Shown: positions 47,978 to 58,290 of the stretch, piece after piece
Layout of the letters: every line of letters begins with the position of its first letter
How positions within the stretch are numbered: the stretch's first letter is position 1
Assembly (NCBI GenBank): GCA_965203905.1
Contig: CBDBDQ010000005.1
Location: 2,624,001-2,688,000 of the forward strand
DNA: 64,000 nt
Source of the DNA: Spirochaetia bacterium
GTDB taxonomy: Bacteria > Spirochaetota > Spirochaetia > SZUA-6 > Bin103
Direction: 5' to 3'
Position numbers and translations under genes: made by a program
Notes under the pieces: model-generated
What the model was told of the DNA's origin: nothing
The model's database searches: none
Seen by the model: only the letters and a program-made list of their open reading frames with translations

Positions 47978-48337
47978 CTACGAGGGTAGCCGCCGCGCGG
48001 GCAGTTCAGGTACCGGTTCCCGGCCCAGCCGAAGATGCCAAAACACCCACGAGCGGCGATTGAACACACCGATCGGAGGATCGTCGAGCACCTGCAGCAG
48101 GTGTTCGCTGGAGACCACCGAGAGCAGCCAACGCAGGTCGTCGGCCGTGCCGAACGTCATCATCTGCGCCAGCAACACCCGGCCATCGGCCAGCGCACGC
48201 TCGGGCGACTGCCACCAGACGTACTTCTTCGCCATTCTCAGGGCACGGCGGTCGGCTTGCAGCCGGCGCTCAAGGTCCGCAAGCGCGGTGGCAGCCATTA
48301 CTGTCGGAACGGTCTCACGCGGCGCATCCGCAGTCAA
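47978..48337 (-). CDS. Putative cognate antitoxin of AbiEii
   Basis: KYVWW...AQMMTFGT...RSWVFW. Lies 2 nt upstream of the toxin. Confidence 0.7.
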   Translation of the reverse strand: MTADAPRETVPTVMAATALADLERRLQADRRALRMAKKYVWWQSPERALADGRVLLAQMMTFGTADDLRWLLSVVSSEHLLQVLDDPPIGVFNRRSWVFWHLRLGREPVPELPARRLPS

Positions 48338-48391
48338 CTCGCGCGGTCGGATGGCACAGGGCAGTAACGGTCCCGGGACGGCGGAATCCTC

Positions 48392-49945
48392 TCAGCCGTC
48401 AGCCACCTCGAACGCGGTCACGTTGCGCGTATCGCGGCTGAACTCCACCCCGATCAGATGGATCGGTTGTTTCAGGTGACGGTACTTGGCCGCGTAGTCC
48501 CGGCTGCGGAGCTGCGCCAGTGCCGACCCCGGCGGCGCCATCTCCGTCACCTTGAACTCGAACAGGTACACGTGACCGCCGGTGCGTGCCGCCATGTCCA
48601 GCCGTCCGTGGCTGCTCGATTCTTCCACCGCGATCTCGTACCCCAGCGCTGCAAAGTAGGAGTAGAACACGCTCGCGTAGAAGCCCTCGTACTGCGCAAT
48701 GGCGTTGTTCGTGTACCATTGGTAGGGAATGCTCGCGAAAAAGGCATGGAACAGCTCCTTCAGTCCCGCACAGTCATGGGCCGCAAGCAATCGCTGCAGG
48801 CGGATGCTGTTCGCCGTCTGTTGCTCGGTGTCCTGCACCAACCGGCGCAGCAGCACCCGGTTCAGGCTCTGCCGGACCTCGCGGTTGGGGTAGCCCAGCC
48901 GGTACAACGCCTGGCCGCCGAGCTCCTCCTCCCCTGTGATCGTCAGATAGCCGGTCTGGAACAGTAGCGCTTCGGTGCCGATCGTGCCGACCTCGAAAGC
49001 CGACAGCAGATCTTCCGTGCCCATCATCTGGTCCAGCGTTACCGAAGAGATCCGGCGGTCGAACAGCCTGTCCAACAGAAACGCCGGCGTCCCGGTCTCG
49101 AACCAGTGAGCCTTGAATTCGCGGCTGTCGAACAGCAGCAGCACATCATACGGGTTGTACACCTTCTCCGCGCCGCGCCACCGGTAGCCGTTGTACCACT
49201 CGCGGACCTGCTCCCGGTCCAACCCCGCAAGTTCCGGTGCAAACACCATGTCCAGGTCATCGTCGGTGTACCCGCAGATCCCCGAGTAGCGCCGATCCAG
49301 GGTGATGTCGGTGAGGTTGTTCAGGTCCGAGAAGAGGCTCACCTTGGTAAACTTGCTTACCCCCGTCACGAAGGTGAACCGCACGTGCGCGTCGCTCGCC
49401 TTGATCACTCCGTACAGGCCGCGCAGGTAGTCGCGGTTGGCACAGGCGATCTCCGGCGTGTCCAGCGCGTCCAGGATCGGCTTGTCGTACTCGTCCACCA
49501 GCACCGCCACGCGCTGCCCGCTGCGCTCGTGCAGGGACCTGATCAGGTAGCCGAATCGTTCAGGCGCCGTGTCGTAGCGTGGACTCACCCCGGTCGCTAC
49601 CTCCATACCGTCCAACTGAGCCGCCAGGTTGATCTGGAGATAGCCCGGCTCCTTGAAGCTCCCGCCGGCAAAGTCCAGCCGCACCACCGGGTGGTGCGCC
49701 GACCAGTTCCAGTCCCCGCGATCGTGGATGTGGAGCCCGGTGAACAGCGCCTCGTTGCCCTCGAACAACTCCTTCAGGGTGTCCAGCAGCAGACTCTTGC
49801 CGAACCGCCGCGGGCGCGACAGGAAATAGTGCTTGCCCGCGTCCAGCAACCGCGCGATGTAGGCCGTCTTGTCCACGTAATAACAGTCCTCTTCGCGCAA
49901 CTCGCGGAAGGTCTGCATGCCGATGGGCAGTCTGCGACGGGTCAC
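48392..49945 (-). CDS. AAA-ATPase-like protein with C-terminal PD-(D/E)XK nuclease (PDDEXK_9)
   Basis: YVDKT, SRPRRFGKS, VDEYDKP, WFETGTP and GRLD...FEFK motifs. Confidence 0.93.
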   Translation of the reverse strand: MTRRRLPIGMQTFRELREEDCYYVDKTAYIARLLDAGKHYFLSRPRRFGKSLLLDTLKELFEGNEALFTGLHIHDRGDWNWSAHHPVVRLDFAGGSFKEPGYLQINLAAQLDGMEVATGVSPRYDTAPERFGYLIRSLHERSGQRVAVLVDEYDKPILDALDTPEIACANRDYLRGLYGVIKASDAHVRFTFVTGVSKFTKVSLFSDLNNLTDITLDRRYSGICGYTDDDLDMVFAPELAGLDREQVREWYNGYRWRGAEKVYNPYDVLLLFDSREFKAHWFETGTPAFLLDRLFDRRISSVTLDQMMGTEDLLSAFEVGTIGTEALLFQTGYLTITGEEELGGQALYRLGYPNREVRQSLNRVLLRRLVQDTEQQTANSIRLQRLLAAHDCAGLKELFHAFFASIPYQWYTNNAIAQYEGFYASVFYSYFAALGYEIAVEESSSHGRLDMAARTGGHVYLFEFKVTEMAPPGSALAQLRSRDYAAKYRHLKQPIHLIGVEFSRDTRNVTAFEVADG

Positions 49946-50159
49946 GCCTCATCTTAGGTCTTGGCTGCTCCGTCGCCAAGCGCTTATCGGCGGTGACCAG
50001 AGCCGTGAATCCGTATCGATGAGCCTGATCCAGTAGCTCGCTGTTGCGCAAAGTACGCCAGTGGTGGTAGATCCCACTTTCTACCAGCCCCCCGCGGAGG
50101 GCTTCTTGCAGCGGTAAACGCAGCCGTGGCGAAATGCCGACATCAAGGAGGACCTTCAT
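49946..50159 (-). pseudogene. Truncated DUF5615/VapC45-like PIN toxin
   Basis: MKVLLD...LVTADK, then runs out of frame into the AAA gene. Confidence 0.7.
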
Positions 50160-50416
50160 GCATCGGCACGTTGCCCGGTGCTACCTCCTGTTCTTCGGTC
50201 AGAGAATTCGGCTCCCGCCGCTCGCAACACAGCCTCGGCGGCCTGACGGTCGATCTTGAAATCCTCGATGAACTCGTCGAGCGACACTCCGTCCGCGAGC
50301 CAGTCGAAAAGCTGCTGCACCGGTAGACGACTGCCACGGAAGCAAGGCGCCCCACTCAAACGGTCCGGGTCCACCCATACTGCCTCGTCAATGGGCATCA
50401 TCACGTCATGTGCCAC
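50156..50416 (-). CDS. DUF433 antitoxin
   Basis: DPDRLSGAPCFRGSRLPV...GVSLDEFIEDF. Confidence 0.9.
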   Translation of the reverse strand: MAHDVMMPIDEAVWVDPDRLSGAPCFRGSRLPVQQLFDWLADGVSLDEFIEDFKIDRQAAEAVLRAAGAEFSDRRTGGSTGQRADA

Positions 50417-50515
50417 GAGAGCTACCTCCCATCAGAGAGAGTATAACTGGCGATTGCCACGGTGGCACCGCTCGGCGGGCAACTCCCGCACCAGGGCGGA
50501 GCCTGCGGCGCGGTA

Positions 50516-51634
50516 CTAACGGCGGTAGGGGTCGGCGGCGTCGCGCAGGCCGTCGCCGACGAAGTTGAAGCACAGCACCACCATCACCACGAACAGGCCG
50601 GGGATCAGCAGCCAGGGATGCAGCGAGATGGTGCGCACGTTCTGCGCCTGCTGCAGCATCACGCCCCAGCTCACCACCGGCGGGCGCAGGCCGATGCCGA
50701 TGAAGCTGAGCGCGGTCTCACCCAGGATCATGTACGGGATCGCCAGCGTCAGGTGGACGATCAGGTAGCTCATGAAGCCGGGCAGCAGGTGGCGCAGGAT
50801 GATCTTCAGCGAGGTGGCGCCGCCGATGGAGGCCGCCGTCACGTAGTCTTCCGTGCGCAGTTGCAGCAGCTTGCCGCGCACCACCCGCGCCAGGCCGGTC
50901 CAGCCGATCACGCTCAGGATCACCGTGATCATGAAGTAGACGCGCAGCGCCGGCCACTCGATCGGCACCGCGGCCGCCAGCGCCATCCACAGGGGAATGG
51001 TGGGCAGCGCCTGCAGGAACTCGATGATGCGCTGCACCAGCATGTCGGCCGGGCCGCCGAAGAAACCGGAGACGCCGCCGAGCAGGCAGCCGAGCAGGAA
51101 GCTGATCGCCACTCCCACCAGGCCGATGGAGAGCGATATGCGCGCCCCGTGCAGCACCCGCGTCAGCATGTCGCGGCCCAGGCTGTCGGTGCCGAACGGG
51201 AACAGGACGCCCGGTTCGTCGACGCCGAGCAGGTGCAGGCGGGTCGTCAGCCCGAACAGCCGGTACTCGTAGCCGGTCACGAGAAACCTGACGGGGTACG
51301 CCTGGCTGGTATCGATGGTGAACACCTTGGCGCGCGTCACCGGGTCGCGGGTCACCTGCAGGCCGTATACGAACGGCGCGCGCAGGCCGTCCTGGTGCAT
51401 TACCCGCACCCGGGTGGGCGGCGCGTACAGGTGCTCGGGGTAGCGCCGGTCGCGCTCGGACACGGCAAGAAAGTCGGCGAACACCGCCAGCAGGTAGATG
51501 ACCGCCAGCACCACGCCGCCGACGAGGGCCAGCCGGTGGCGCAGGAATCTGCGCCGCATCAGGGTCCAGCTCGAGGCGACGAAGTAGCGCTCGTCGAGCT
51601 GCTGCGCGCCGGCGGCCGATTCCTGGGTACTCAC
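50516..51634 (-). CDS. Peptide/nickel ABC transporter permease (DppC/OppC-like)
   Basis: GTDSLGRD, EDYVTAA...GA and ETALSFIGIG motifs. Confidence 0.95.
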   Translation of the reverse strand: MSTQESAAGAQQLDERYFVASSWTLMRRRFLRHRLALVGGVVLAVIYLLAVFADFLAVSERDRRYPEHLYAPPTRVRVMHQDGLRAPFVYGLQVTRDPVTRAKVFTIDTSQAYPVRFLVTGYEYRLFGLTTRLHLLGVDEPGVLFPFGTDSLGRDMLTRVLHGARISLSIGLVGVAISFLLGCLLGGVSGFFGGPADMLVQRIIEFLQALPTIPLWMALAAAVPIEWPALRVYFMITVILSVIGWTGLARVVRGKLLQLRTEDYVTAASIGGATSLKIILRHLLPGFMSYLIVHLTLAIPYMILGETALSFIGIGLRPPVVSWGVMLQQAQNVRTISLHPWLLIPGLFVVMVVLCFNFVGDGLRDAADPYRR

Positions 51635-52629
51635 GCCTGCGCCCGCACCCCGAAGCGGATGCGCGGATCGACCGTCGCCAGCAGCAGGTCGGAGATCAGG
51701 TTGCCGATGAGGATCAGGGCGCCGAGCAGCATCACGATGGCACCGGCCAGGTACATGTCCTGCGCCCTGAGCGCCGCCAACAGCAGCGGGCCGATGGTGG
51801 GCAGGCTCAGCACGATCGCGACGAGCGTCTCGCCGGAGATGATGGCCGGCAGCAGGTACCCCACGGTGCTGATGATCGGGTTGAGCGCCACCCGCACCGG
51901 GTACTTGAACAGGATGGCGCGCTCCTGCATGCCCTTGGAGCGGGCGGTGATCACGTACTGCTTGCTGAGCTCGTCAAGCAGCGAGGCGCGCAGAATGCGG
52001 ATGACTTCGGCGGTGCCGGCGGTGCCGATCACGGTCAGCGGGATCGGCAGGTGCTTGAGCAGGTCGACCACCTTGCCGAAGCTCCACGCCGCCGCCATGT
52101 ACTCGCGCGAGAACAGCCCGCCGGGGCTCCAGCCGAAGTAGGTGAACGCCAGGTACATCAGGATCAGGGCGAGCAGGAAGTTGGGGGTGGCCAGCCCCAG
52201 GAACCCGAACACGGTGGCGACGTAGTCGCCGAAAGAGTGCGGGTGGGTGGCCGAGTAGATGCCGATCGGCACCGCGATCAGGTACACCAGGATCAGCGTC
52301 GACAGCGACAGGGTCACCGACAGGGCGAGCCGCTCGCCGATCACCTTGGTGACGTCGCGGTTCTGGGAGAACGAATCTCCCATGTCGCCGCGCAGAAAGT
52401 TGCCCACCCACTTGAGGTACTGCACGTGCAGCGGCTGGTCGAGCCCGTAGCGCTCGCGTAGGCCCGCGAGCAACGCCTCGGTGATCGGTATCCGGCGCGC
52501 CTCCAGGGTCGCGACGTAGGTGGTCAGGTAGTCGCCCGGCGGCAACTGGATGATCACGAACACGACGAGCGAGAGCAACGCCAGCAGTGCGATCATGTAG
52601 GCGACGCGGCGCAGCAGGTAGCGGGCCAT
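51631..52629 (-). CDS. Peptide/nickel ABC transporter permease (DppB/OppB-like)
   Basis: YGLDQP, YVITARSKG and DPRIR motifs. Confidence 0.95.
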   Translation of the reverse strand: MARYLLRRVAYMIALLALLSLVVFVIIQLPPGDYLTTYVATLEARRIPITEALLAGLRERYGLDQPLHVQYLKWVGNFLRGDMGDSFSQNRDVTKVIGERLALSVTLSLSTLILVYLIAVPIGIYSATHPHSFGDYVATVFGFLGLATPNFLLALILMYLAFTYFGWSPGGLFSREYMAAAWSFGKVVDLLKHLPIPLTVIGTAGTAEVIRILRASLLDELSKQYVITARSKGMQERAILFKYPVRVALNPIISTVGYLLPAIISGETLVAIVLSLPTIGPLLLAALRAQDMYLAGAIVMLLGALILIGNLISDLLLATVDPRIRFGVRAQA

Positions 52630-52643
52630 CAGCTATTGTGGCG

Positions 52644-52687
52644 GGGCGGCGGCGCGGACCCGAGAGCCCGGTGGTCCGCCGCCGCCC
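52644..52687 (-). promoter_or_regulatory. Intercistronic GC-rich stem-loop after the solute-binding protein gene
   Basis: GGGCGGCGG.GCGGACC ... GGTCCGC.CGCCGCCC inverted repeat, no U tract. Confidence 0.55.
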
Positions 52688-52699
52688 GACGCAGGTGGT

Positions 52700-54700
52700 T
52701 TACTTGAAGTAGAGCTGCTCCGCCTCGATGCTCAGGTCACCCCACCAGGCGGCGCTGCCGAAGTAGCCCTTGGGCACGTTGACGAGGTTGGCCTTGGCGA
52801 TCACCAGGTGCGGCTGCCCGCCGACCACGCCCTGCATCAGCAGGTTGTCGAAGTGGTAGCCGAAGATCTTGCGCGACACCTCGATGTACTCGGGGGAGCC
52901 GAGCACCGTCTGCTGCCGTTCCTCGCCCCACAGGAAGAGCTGCTTGAACTCCTCGGGCGGTTCCGCGCCCGGCAGCACGCCGCCCTCGTAGTCGCTGATG
53001 CTGCGCGTGCCTTCCTCGACCTGGATCCATGCCATCAGCCAGTCGCCCCACAACGTCGCCCAGTTGATGTCGTGGGACCCGTGCACCCACGCCTCGCGGT
53101 CGACCATGTACTGGCGCGCCTCGGAGGGGAAACCCCAGGTGCCGACGTTGACTTCGATCAGGTTGCCATCGCGGCGTTGGGCGTGCAGGGCGTTCTCGGA
53201 CAGCTTGATCTCCGTCTGCAGCCCGACTCCGCGCCAGTACTCCCGGATCAGCTCGATCGCCTTGCCGGTGGCGCTGTGCTCACCCTGGATGCGGCCTTCG
53301 ATGGTGATCGTGAACGGCTGGCCGTCCTCGCCGAGCCGCCAGCCGTCGCCATCGCGCGCGTCCAGGCCCACCGCGTCGAGCAGCCGGTTGGCCTCTTCCA
53401 CGTCGTAGGCGTCCATCGGGTTGTTGCTCCACTCCGGCGGCGCAAACGTTGCCCCGGCCACCGGGAACACCATCGGCTCGCCGAGCCCGAAGTACACGCT
53501 GTCGACCACTTCCTCGGCATCGATCGCCAGCGACATCGCCTGCCGGAAGCGCAGGTCGCGGAAGATGTGCCCCTTCTCCTCGTGGGTCTGGTTGAAGGCG
53601 AACATGATCGGGATCTGGTTGACCGGCACCTCCCGCAGCACGTAGCCGCCGGCGGCCTCGTTCTCCTTGTACAGCGCGTAGTTGTCGCTGGTGGCGTTGA
53701 CGAAGTCGTAGTCCACCTCGCCGGCGATGATCTTGAGCTGGATGGTCTCCATGTCGGCGATGCCGGCGATGACACGGTCGATGTAGGGGAGCTGCTGGCC
53801 GAGCTCGTCCACCTTGTAGAAGTAGGGGTTGCGCTCGTGCACCTTGGTGGTGTCGGTGACCTCGATCAGCTTCCACGGCTGCATGGTGGGCCGCGGCTCG
53901 TTGTCTTCCTTCAGGTGGCGGTAGCCGTTCTGGTACTCCCAGTCGTGGTCGTTGAAGGCCAGGTTCCAGCTATCGTAGCCCAGCTCCTTGGCCAGGGCGT
54001 CGGCGTCCGGGTTGTACTTGATGTGGAATTGCTTCATGTAGTGCTTGGGCAGGTAGCCGTGCCAGTCGCCGCCCGCCGGCTCGCCCATCTTGGCCAGCAT
54101 CACCGGATAGGGAACGTCGGTCTCCAGGCGCACGTTGTAGTCGTCGATCTTGATGGCACGCCGCACCTTGTTCATCCAGAACGCCTGCGTGCCGCTGCCA
54201 ACCCGCGAATCGAAGTGCCAGTCCTCGTATGCGAACACGATGTCGTCGGCGGTGAACGGCTGGCCGTCCGACCACTGCGCGCCCTCGCGCAGGGTGATGG
54301 TGAGGCTCAGGAAGTCGGGCGCCAGCTCGAAGCCCTTGGCCAGGTTGGGCACCACCGTGGTGTCGGCCCGAATGTAGGCCAGGTAGCTGCCGCGCTCGGT
54401 CTCCTCCTGCAGCGTGTTCCACGGCTCGGTGCTGTTCACGAACACGTAGATGGTGTCGTTGTAGGTGCCGACCGAGTCGATCGGTTCCATCACCGGCGGC
54501 TCTACCGGCAGCCGCTCCGCCACCGGCGGCAGCTCGCCTGCCGCCACCAGTGCCGCGAGCATCGGCGCTTCCGAATACTCGCCGCTGGCCGCCATCGACG
54601 CCGCGGGAGCCGACGTGCTGCCGCTGTCGGTGCTGCCGGCGGCGAACAGGCCGGCGCTCGCCGTGAGCAGAGCGATTCCCAGGATGAGTGCTTTGTACAT
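52700..54700 (-). CDS. ABC transporter substrate-binding protein (family 5)
   Basis: Signal ...GLFAAGS, then EAPML...GELPPVAERLP, WSDGQPFTADD and RNPYFYKVD...QLPYID. Confidence 0.95.
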   Translation of the reverse strand: MYKALILGIALLTASAGLFAAGSTDSGSTSAPAASMAASGEYSEAPMLAALVAAGELPPVAERLPVEPPVMEPIDSVGTYNDTIYVFVNSTEPWNTLQEETERGSYLAYIRADTTVVPNLAKGFELAPDFLSLTITLREGAQWSDGQPFTADDIVFAYEDWHFDSRVGSGTQAFWMNKVRRAIKIDDYNVRLETDVPYPVMLAKMGEPAGGDWHGYLPKHYMKQFHIKYNPDADALAKELGYDSWNLAFNDHDWEYQNGYRHLKEDNEPRPTMQPWKLIEVTDTTKVHERNPYFYKVDELGQQLPYIDRVIAGIADMETIQLKIIAGEVDYDFVNATSDNYALYKENEAAGGYVLREVPVNQIPIMFAFNQTHEEKGHIFRDLRFRQAMSLAIDAEEVVDSVYFGLGEPMVFPVAGATFAPPEWSNNPMDAYDVEEANRLLDAVGLDARDGDGWRLGEDGQPFTITIEGRIQGEHSATGKAIELIREYWRGVGLQTEIKLSENALHAQRRDGNLIEVNVGTWGFPSEARQYMVDREAWVHGSHDINWATLWGDWLMAWIQVEEGTRSISDYEGGVLPGAEPPEEFKQLFLWGEERQQTVLGSPEYIEVSRKIFGYHFDNLLMQGVVGGQPHLVIAKANLVNVPKGYFGSAAWWGDLSIEAEQLYFK

Positions 54701-54840
54701 CGTTCCTCCTTGATGTAAAGCAGGGCGTATCGACGCCCCTTATGCTGCCGCCGAATGTAGCCAAAGCTCGGCGGGGCGTCCAGTCAAGGCCGGCGGAGGC
54801 GCCGGCCGGCCCCCGAGCGGGCGCGGGTCAGGCCGCCACG

Positions 54841-55707
54841 CTACCAGGCGCGTTCCCGCCGCTGGCTGCAGTGCTCCCACGCCGTCGCGACCTGCTCCCA
54901 GGTCGCCGCTTGGCTCGGGTCGCGCCGGCTGCGCGCGGTGAACGCCATGTCGGCGTGCCACAGGTGGGCCATCGGGGTGCCGACCGGGCTGTAGCGGAAG
55001 TCGATCGACCAGCGCACCACGTCGGCGCGGTTCACCGTGGAGCGGTGGAACACCAGGTTGTCGAACAGCACGAAGTCGCCGGGCCTCATCGGGACGGTGT
55101 CGATCGCGGAGTCCGCGGCCGGGTCGAAGGCGGTGGTGCGGAACGATCCGGATTGGGTGGCGTGCTCCTGGATTCCCATCTGCTGGCTGCCGGGGAGGAA
55201 CTGCAGGGTGCCGTTCTCGGCGTTGGTTTCGACCAGCGGCATCCACAGCGTGAGCAGGCGCTGGTGCGCGGTGTCCGGCATGTAGCCGCTGTCCTGATGC
55301 CACGGCAGGGTGGTCTCCTGCTCGTCGGGCAGCTTCGGACGCACCCAGAAGTCGCCGTTGAACTGGATCTCGGGGCCGATCAGCGCCTCCACCACGTCCA
55401 GGATCGCGGGCTCCACCCACAGGTCGTACAGCGCCCTGCTGAACACCCGGGTGTGCCAGCCCGTGTGGGAGCGCTGCTTGCCGCCGTGCTGGCGCCAGAC
55501 GTGGTACCAGCGGCGCTCGAAGGTCTGGTCCGCGGCCAGGTCGTCGATCTCGCCCGCCTGCTGCATGCTGTGGGCTTCCCGGTCCACGACGCCCGAGATC
55601 ACGCCGATCATGGCGTCGATCCGCGCCGGCGGAATGCGGTTGCGAACCAGCAGATAGCCCTGGCGGGTGAACGTGTCCGACTCGACGGCGGTCAAGGTGG
55701 GCGGCAT
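54841..55707 (-). CDS. PhyH-family Fe/2OG dioxygenase
   Basis: PWHQD, ENGTLQFLPGS, FHRS and RWSID motifs. Confidence 0.92.
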   Translation of the reverse strand: MPPTLTAVESDTFTRQGYLLVRNRIPPARIDAMIGVISGVVDREAHSMQQAGEIDDLAADQTFERRWYHVWRQHGGKQRSHTGWHTRVFSRALYDLWVEPAILDVVEALIGPEIQFNGDFWVRPKLPDEQETTLPWHQDSGYMPDTAHQRLLTLWMPLVETNAENGTLQFLPGSQQMGIQEHATQSGSFRTTAFDPAADSAIDTVPMRPGDFVLFDNLVFHRSTVNRADVVRWSIDFRYSPVGTPMAHLWHADMAFTARSRRDPSQAATWEQVATAWEHCSQRRERAW

Positions 55708-56046
55708 GAACTCTCCCCGGAAGATGATGGAGAGGGGTTACCGCGCCGCCTCGGGCGATGTCAAGGACCGTGTACGCTCTGCAAGCTCTGGATGAAACCC
55801 CGCGTCGTGGGGTGCGTTTGGGTATGAAGGAGCCACCTCATCAGCCGTTCCTCATAGAGAAGGGAGACACCATCCTACGTGTTTGCCCCGTGTCTGGGAG
55901 GGTTAGCTCCCGCCTCGTATGTCGTTTAGTGGGTACGACTCGCCGGTGAACCACCTTGCTAATGCGTTCGGATCCATGCTGGATGTCGGCTGTCACTCGG
56001 AAAATCGCCACCGCGTACGTTAGGTTACTACTGATAAAGGACTTAC

Positions 56047-57251
56047 TTACCGAATGATATTCCGCGTGGTTTGGCCATTCCAGTTTGCCGGGAACGGTTG
56101 ATAATTGGTGGGGTGTCGTATGCTGGAAGGCGCTTCGACATGAGACGGCAGGAGGCCGCTGGTGTGACGCCGTCGCGCTTCGATAACGTCAATAAATCGC
56201 CAGACTTCATCGATGTGTATACCGAATCCAATATTGCCAGTTGGCACTATGGTCGGCGTCCCCGTACTGTCGATTACTATCCTCGCTGTTCCTGAATTAT
56301 TCACGGCTATAATTAGACCGTAGTGATCGAAGATGGGGCTTCCACTCGTTCCGGGTGACAGGTCTAGGTTGTGTTGCACCACAGAAGAAACAATGTCTTC
56401 TGACTCTATAATGTACCGCCGTAGCGCGCTAACAGTTCCGTCCTTGAACGTGGCCGTCGCCACCCGTGAGAATGGATTGTGTACCTCCCCGGGGAAACCC
56501 ATCGTAGCTATTGGCTGGCCCACTCGTAGGCGTGTAGCAAGCTGCCGTGGTAGAAACGTGGCAAGGTCGGTTAAGTGAGAGTCGATCCAAACCAAAGCAA
56601 CGTCAGGAGATGCTGATGACCCAGTGTAGTTAGGGTGTATCTCATAGCCTGTTATACTGTGAGTGTCACGTGCTCCTATGAGCGTTCCTGCTTTTACGAC
56701 AAATGGGGTCGGTTCCAAGGGAGCTAAGTCTGTCAGCTGGTCTCTTAATGCAAGGGCAACATGGGCATTGGTCCAGAGAACATTCGTGTAGTAGGCCGCG
56801 AATCCCGTACCCACTAGATAGCGTATGTAATTCTGTCCGTCATACAGGCTATAGCCTACGAAGTAAATGGCATCAGGTATCGCCGACTCCGACAGAACAT
56901 CAGCCCAATTAAGCGGTTCCCGGGCACGCCTTGTTCGCCTTGTGGTCCCTGTTCGCCTTGTGGTCCCTGTTCGCCTTGTGGCCCCTGCTCGCCTTGCGGC
57001 CCCTGCTCGCCTTGTGGTCCCTGTTCGCCTTGTGGCCCCTGCTCGCCTTGCGGCCCCTGCTCGCCTTGCAGCCCCTGCTCGCCTTGCAGCCCCTGCTCGC
57101 CTTGCAGCCCCTGCTCGCCTTGCGGGCCTCTTGGACCTGCTGGGCCTGCCGTTCCGGGCCCTTCCTGACACCCCAATAAGAAGAATACCGCGACGCAGAC
57201 GACTGCCGATACTGCTGTTCTGACTTGAAGGTTGAGCATGCCCGGGAGCAT
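56047..57251 (-). pseudogene. Lipoprotein with collagen-like repeats and a trypsin-like serine protease, split by a frameshift at 56919-56921
   Basis: Lipobox FLLGC and (GEQG[P/L]Q)n in one frame. TNAHV, PDVAL and GTSGSP triad in another. Adding one G to the GGG run joins them. Confidence 0.85.
56929..57126 (-). repeat. 18-bp tandem repeat, about 11 units, encoding GEQG(P/L)Q
   Basis: Units such as CTTGTGGTCCCTGTTCGC and CTTGCAGCCCCTGCTCGC. Confidence 0.95.
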
Positions 57252-57610
57252 ACATCGTAATAATTCCCTTGATGACTGCAGTGTCGGAGCCCAGTTCCTT
57301 GTCTCAGTACGCGATTTCGTAAGCTGCGGTTGTCTTCAGGACTTCCTGCGGCGTGTAGGGCTATAGAACATAATGTCTTTTTGCTGTTAATTCATTTCCA
57401 TGAATAGCCTTACGGAGAGCGCACTTCTTCGATCCGAATTGAGGACACAAGAATCGCGAATCCGCGGAAGTTCGTGGAATGGACGCTAAAGTTCGCCGTT
57501 TCGCGAAATGGATCAACGTTCGTCTCCGTGCCAAGGACAAATACCTGCTCCACAAATAATCTGTTTGACTTTCAGCGCACAGCCCGGGGAATAGAGTGCG
57601 CTCGGTGCGC

Positions 57611-58134
57611 GCGTACCCTCAGCCGGGGTAGACGTCCATCTGGGAGAGGTCGATGGGAGCGCCCAGCAGCAGGGTGACGAAGCCGCCGTCCGGGACCGGT
57701 TCGCCGTCGGCGTCCAGGCCGCCCTCTTCCAGCACCAGCAGCAGCGAATTGCTGGCCGGCTCCTCGGTGCGGTACTCCATCACCAGTGCCGGTACCTGGC
57801 GGCCGGCCCGCTCGTCGCGGTAGTCGCCGTACAGGGGACCGTGGGTGACGGCGCTGAAGTGCAACTGCTTTTCCTCGTCGCCGTCGCGGATCGGGGGGAC
57901 GTCGGGCTGGGGGGCGAACTCCAGTTCGTAGGGGATGAAGGAGTCGGGGTTGGCGGTTCCAGGAACAGCCAGGCGAAGCCCTGGTCGATCAGCGCGGCGC
58001 GGGTGCCGGGCTGGAAGCCGTCGGGCCGGTAGTACACGCGCCACTCCAGGTGCGGGCCGGTGACCATGGCGGCCAGCACGTGGCTGGTCTCGGCGTCGGC
58101 GATGTCGAACAGCAGGTACAGCGCCGCCACGCCG
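57611..58134 (-). pseudogene. Duplicated 3' two-thirds of the gene at 59748-60473
   Basis: Near-identical to 59740-60264. Has a 1-bp deletion near 57952 and lacks the 5' end. Confidence 0.93.
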
Positions 58135-58171
58135 GTGTCAAGACGGTCGGAGCCGCGCTGGAGGCTGACCG

Positions 58172-58280
58172 ATTCCCGGCGGCAAAGCCATCCGGCTTGC
58201 CGATGCGGCCATCGCCCGCCTGCGCCCGCGCGAGCGGGAGTACACGGTCCGGGGACAGCGGCGTCTCCGGCTCGGGAGCC
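58172..58280 (+). pseudogene. N-terminal remnant of a tyrosine integrase (arm-binding domain)
   Basis: IRLADAAIARLRPREREYTV(W)DSGVSG..G after GGAGG, resembling LTDxxI...YxVWD...GLG integrase N-termini. Confidence 0.6.
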
Positions 58281-58290
58281 ATGTCCGGTT

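Noticed and set aside
56929-57126. Possible CRISPR array
   Set aside because: Contiguous 18-bp units with no unique spacers, encoding Gly-X-Y collagen. No cas genes in the window.
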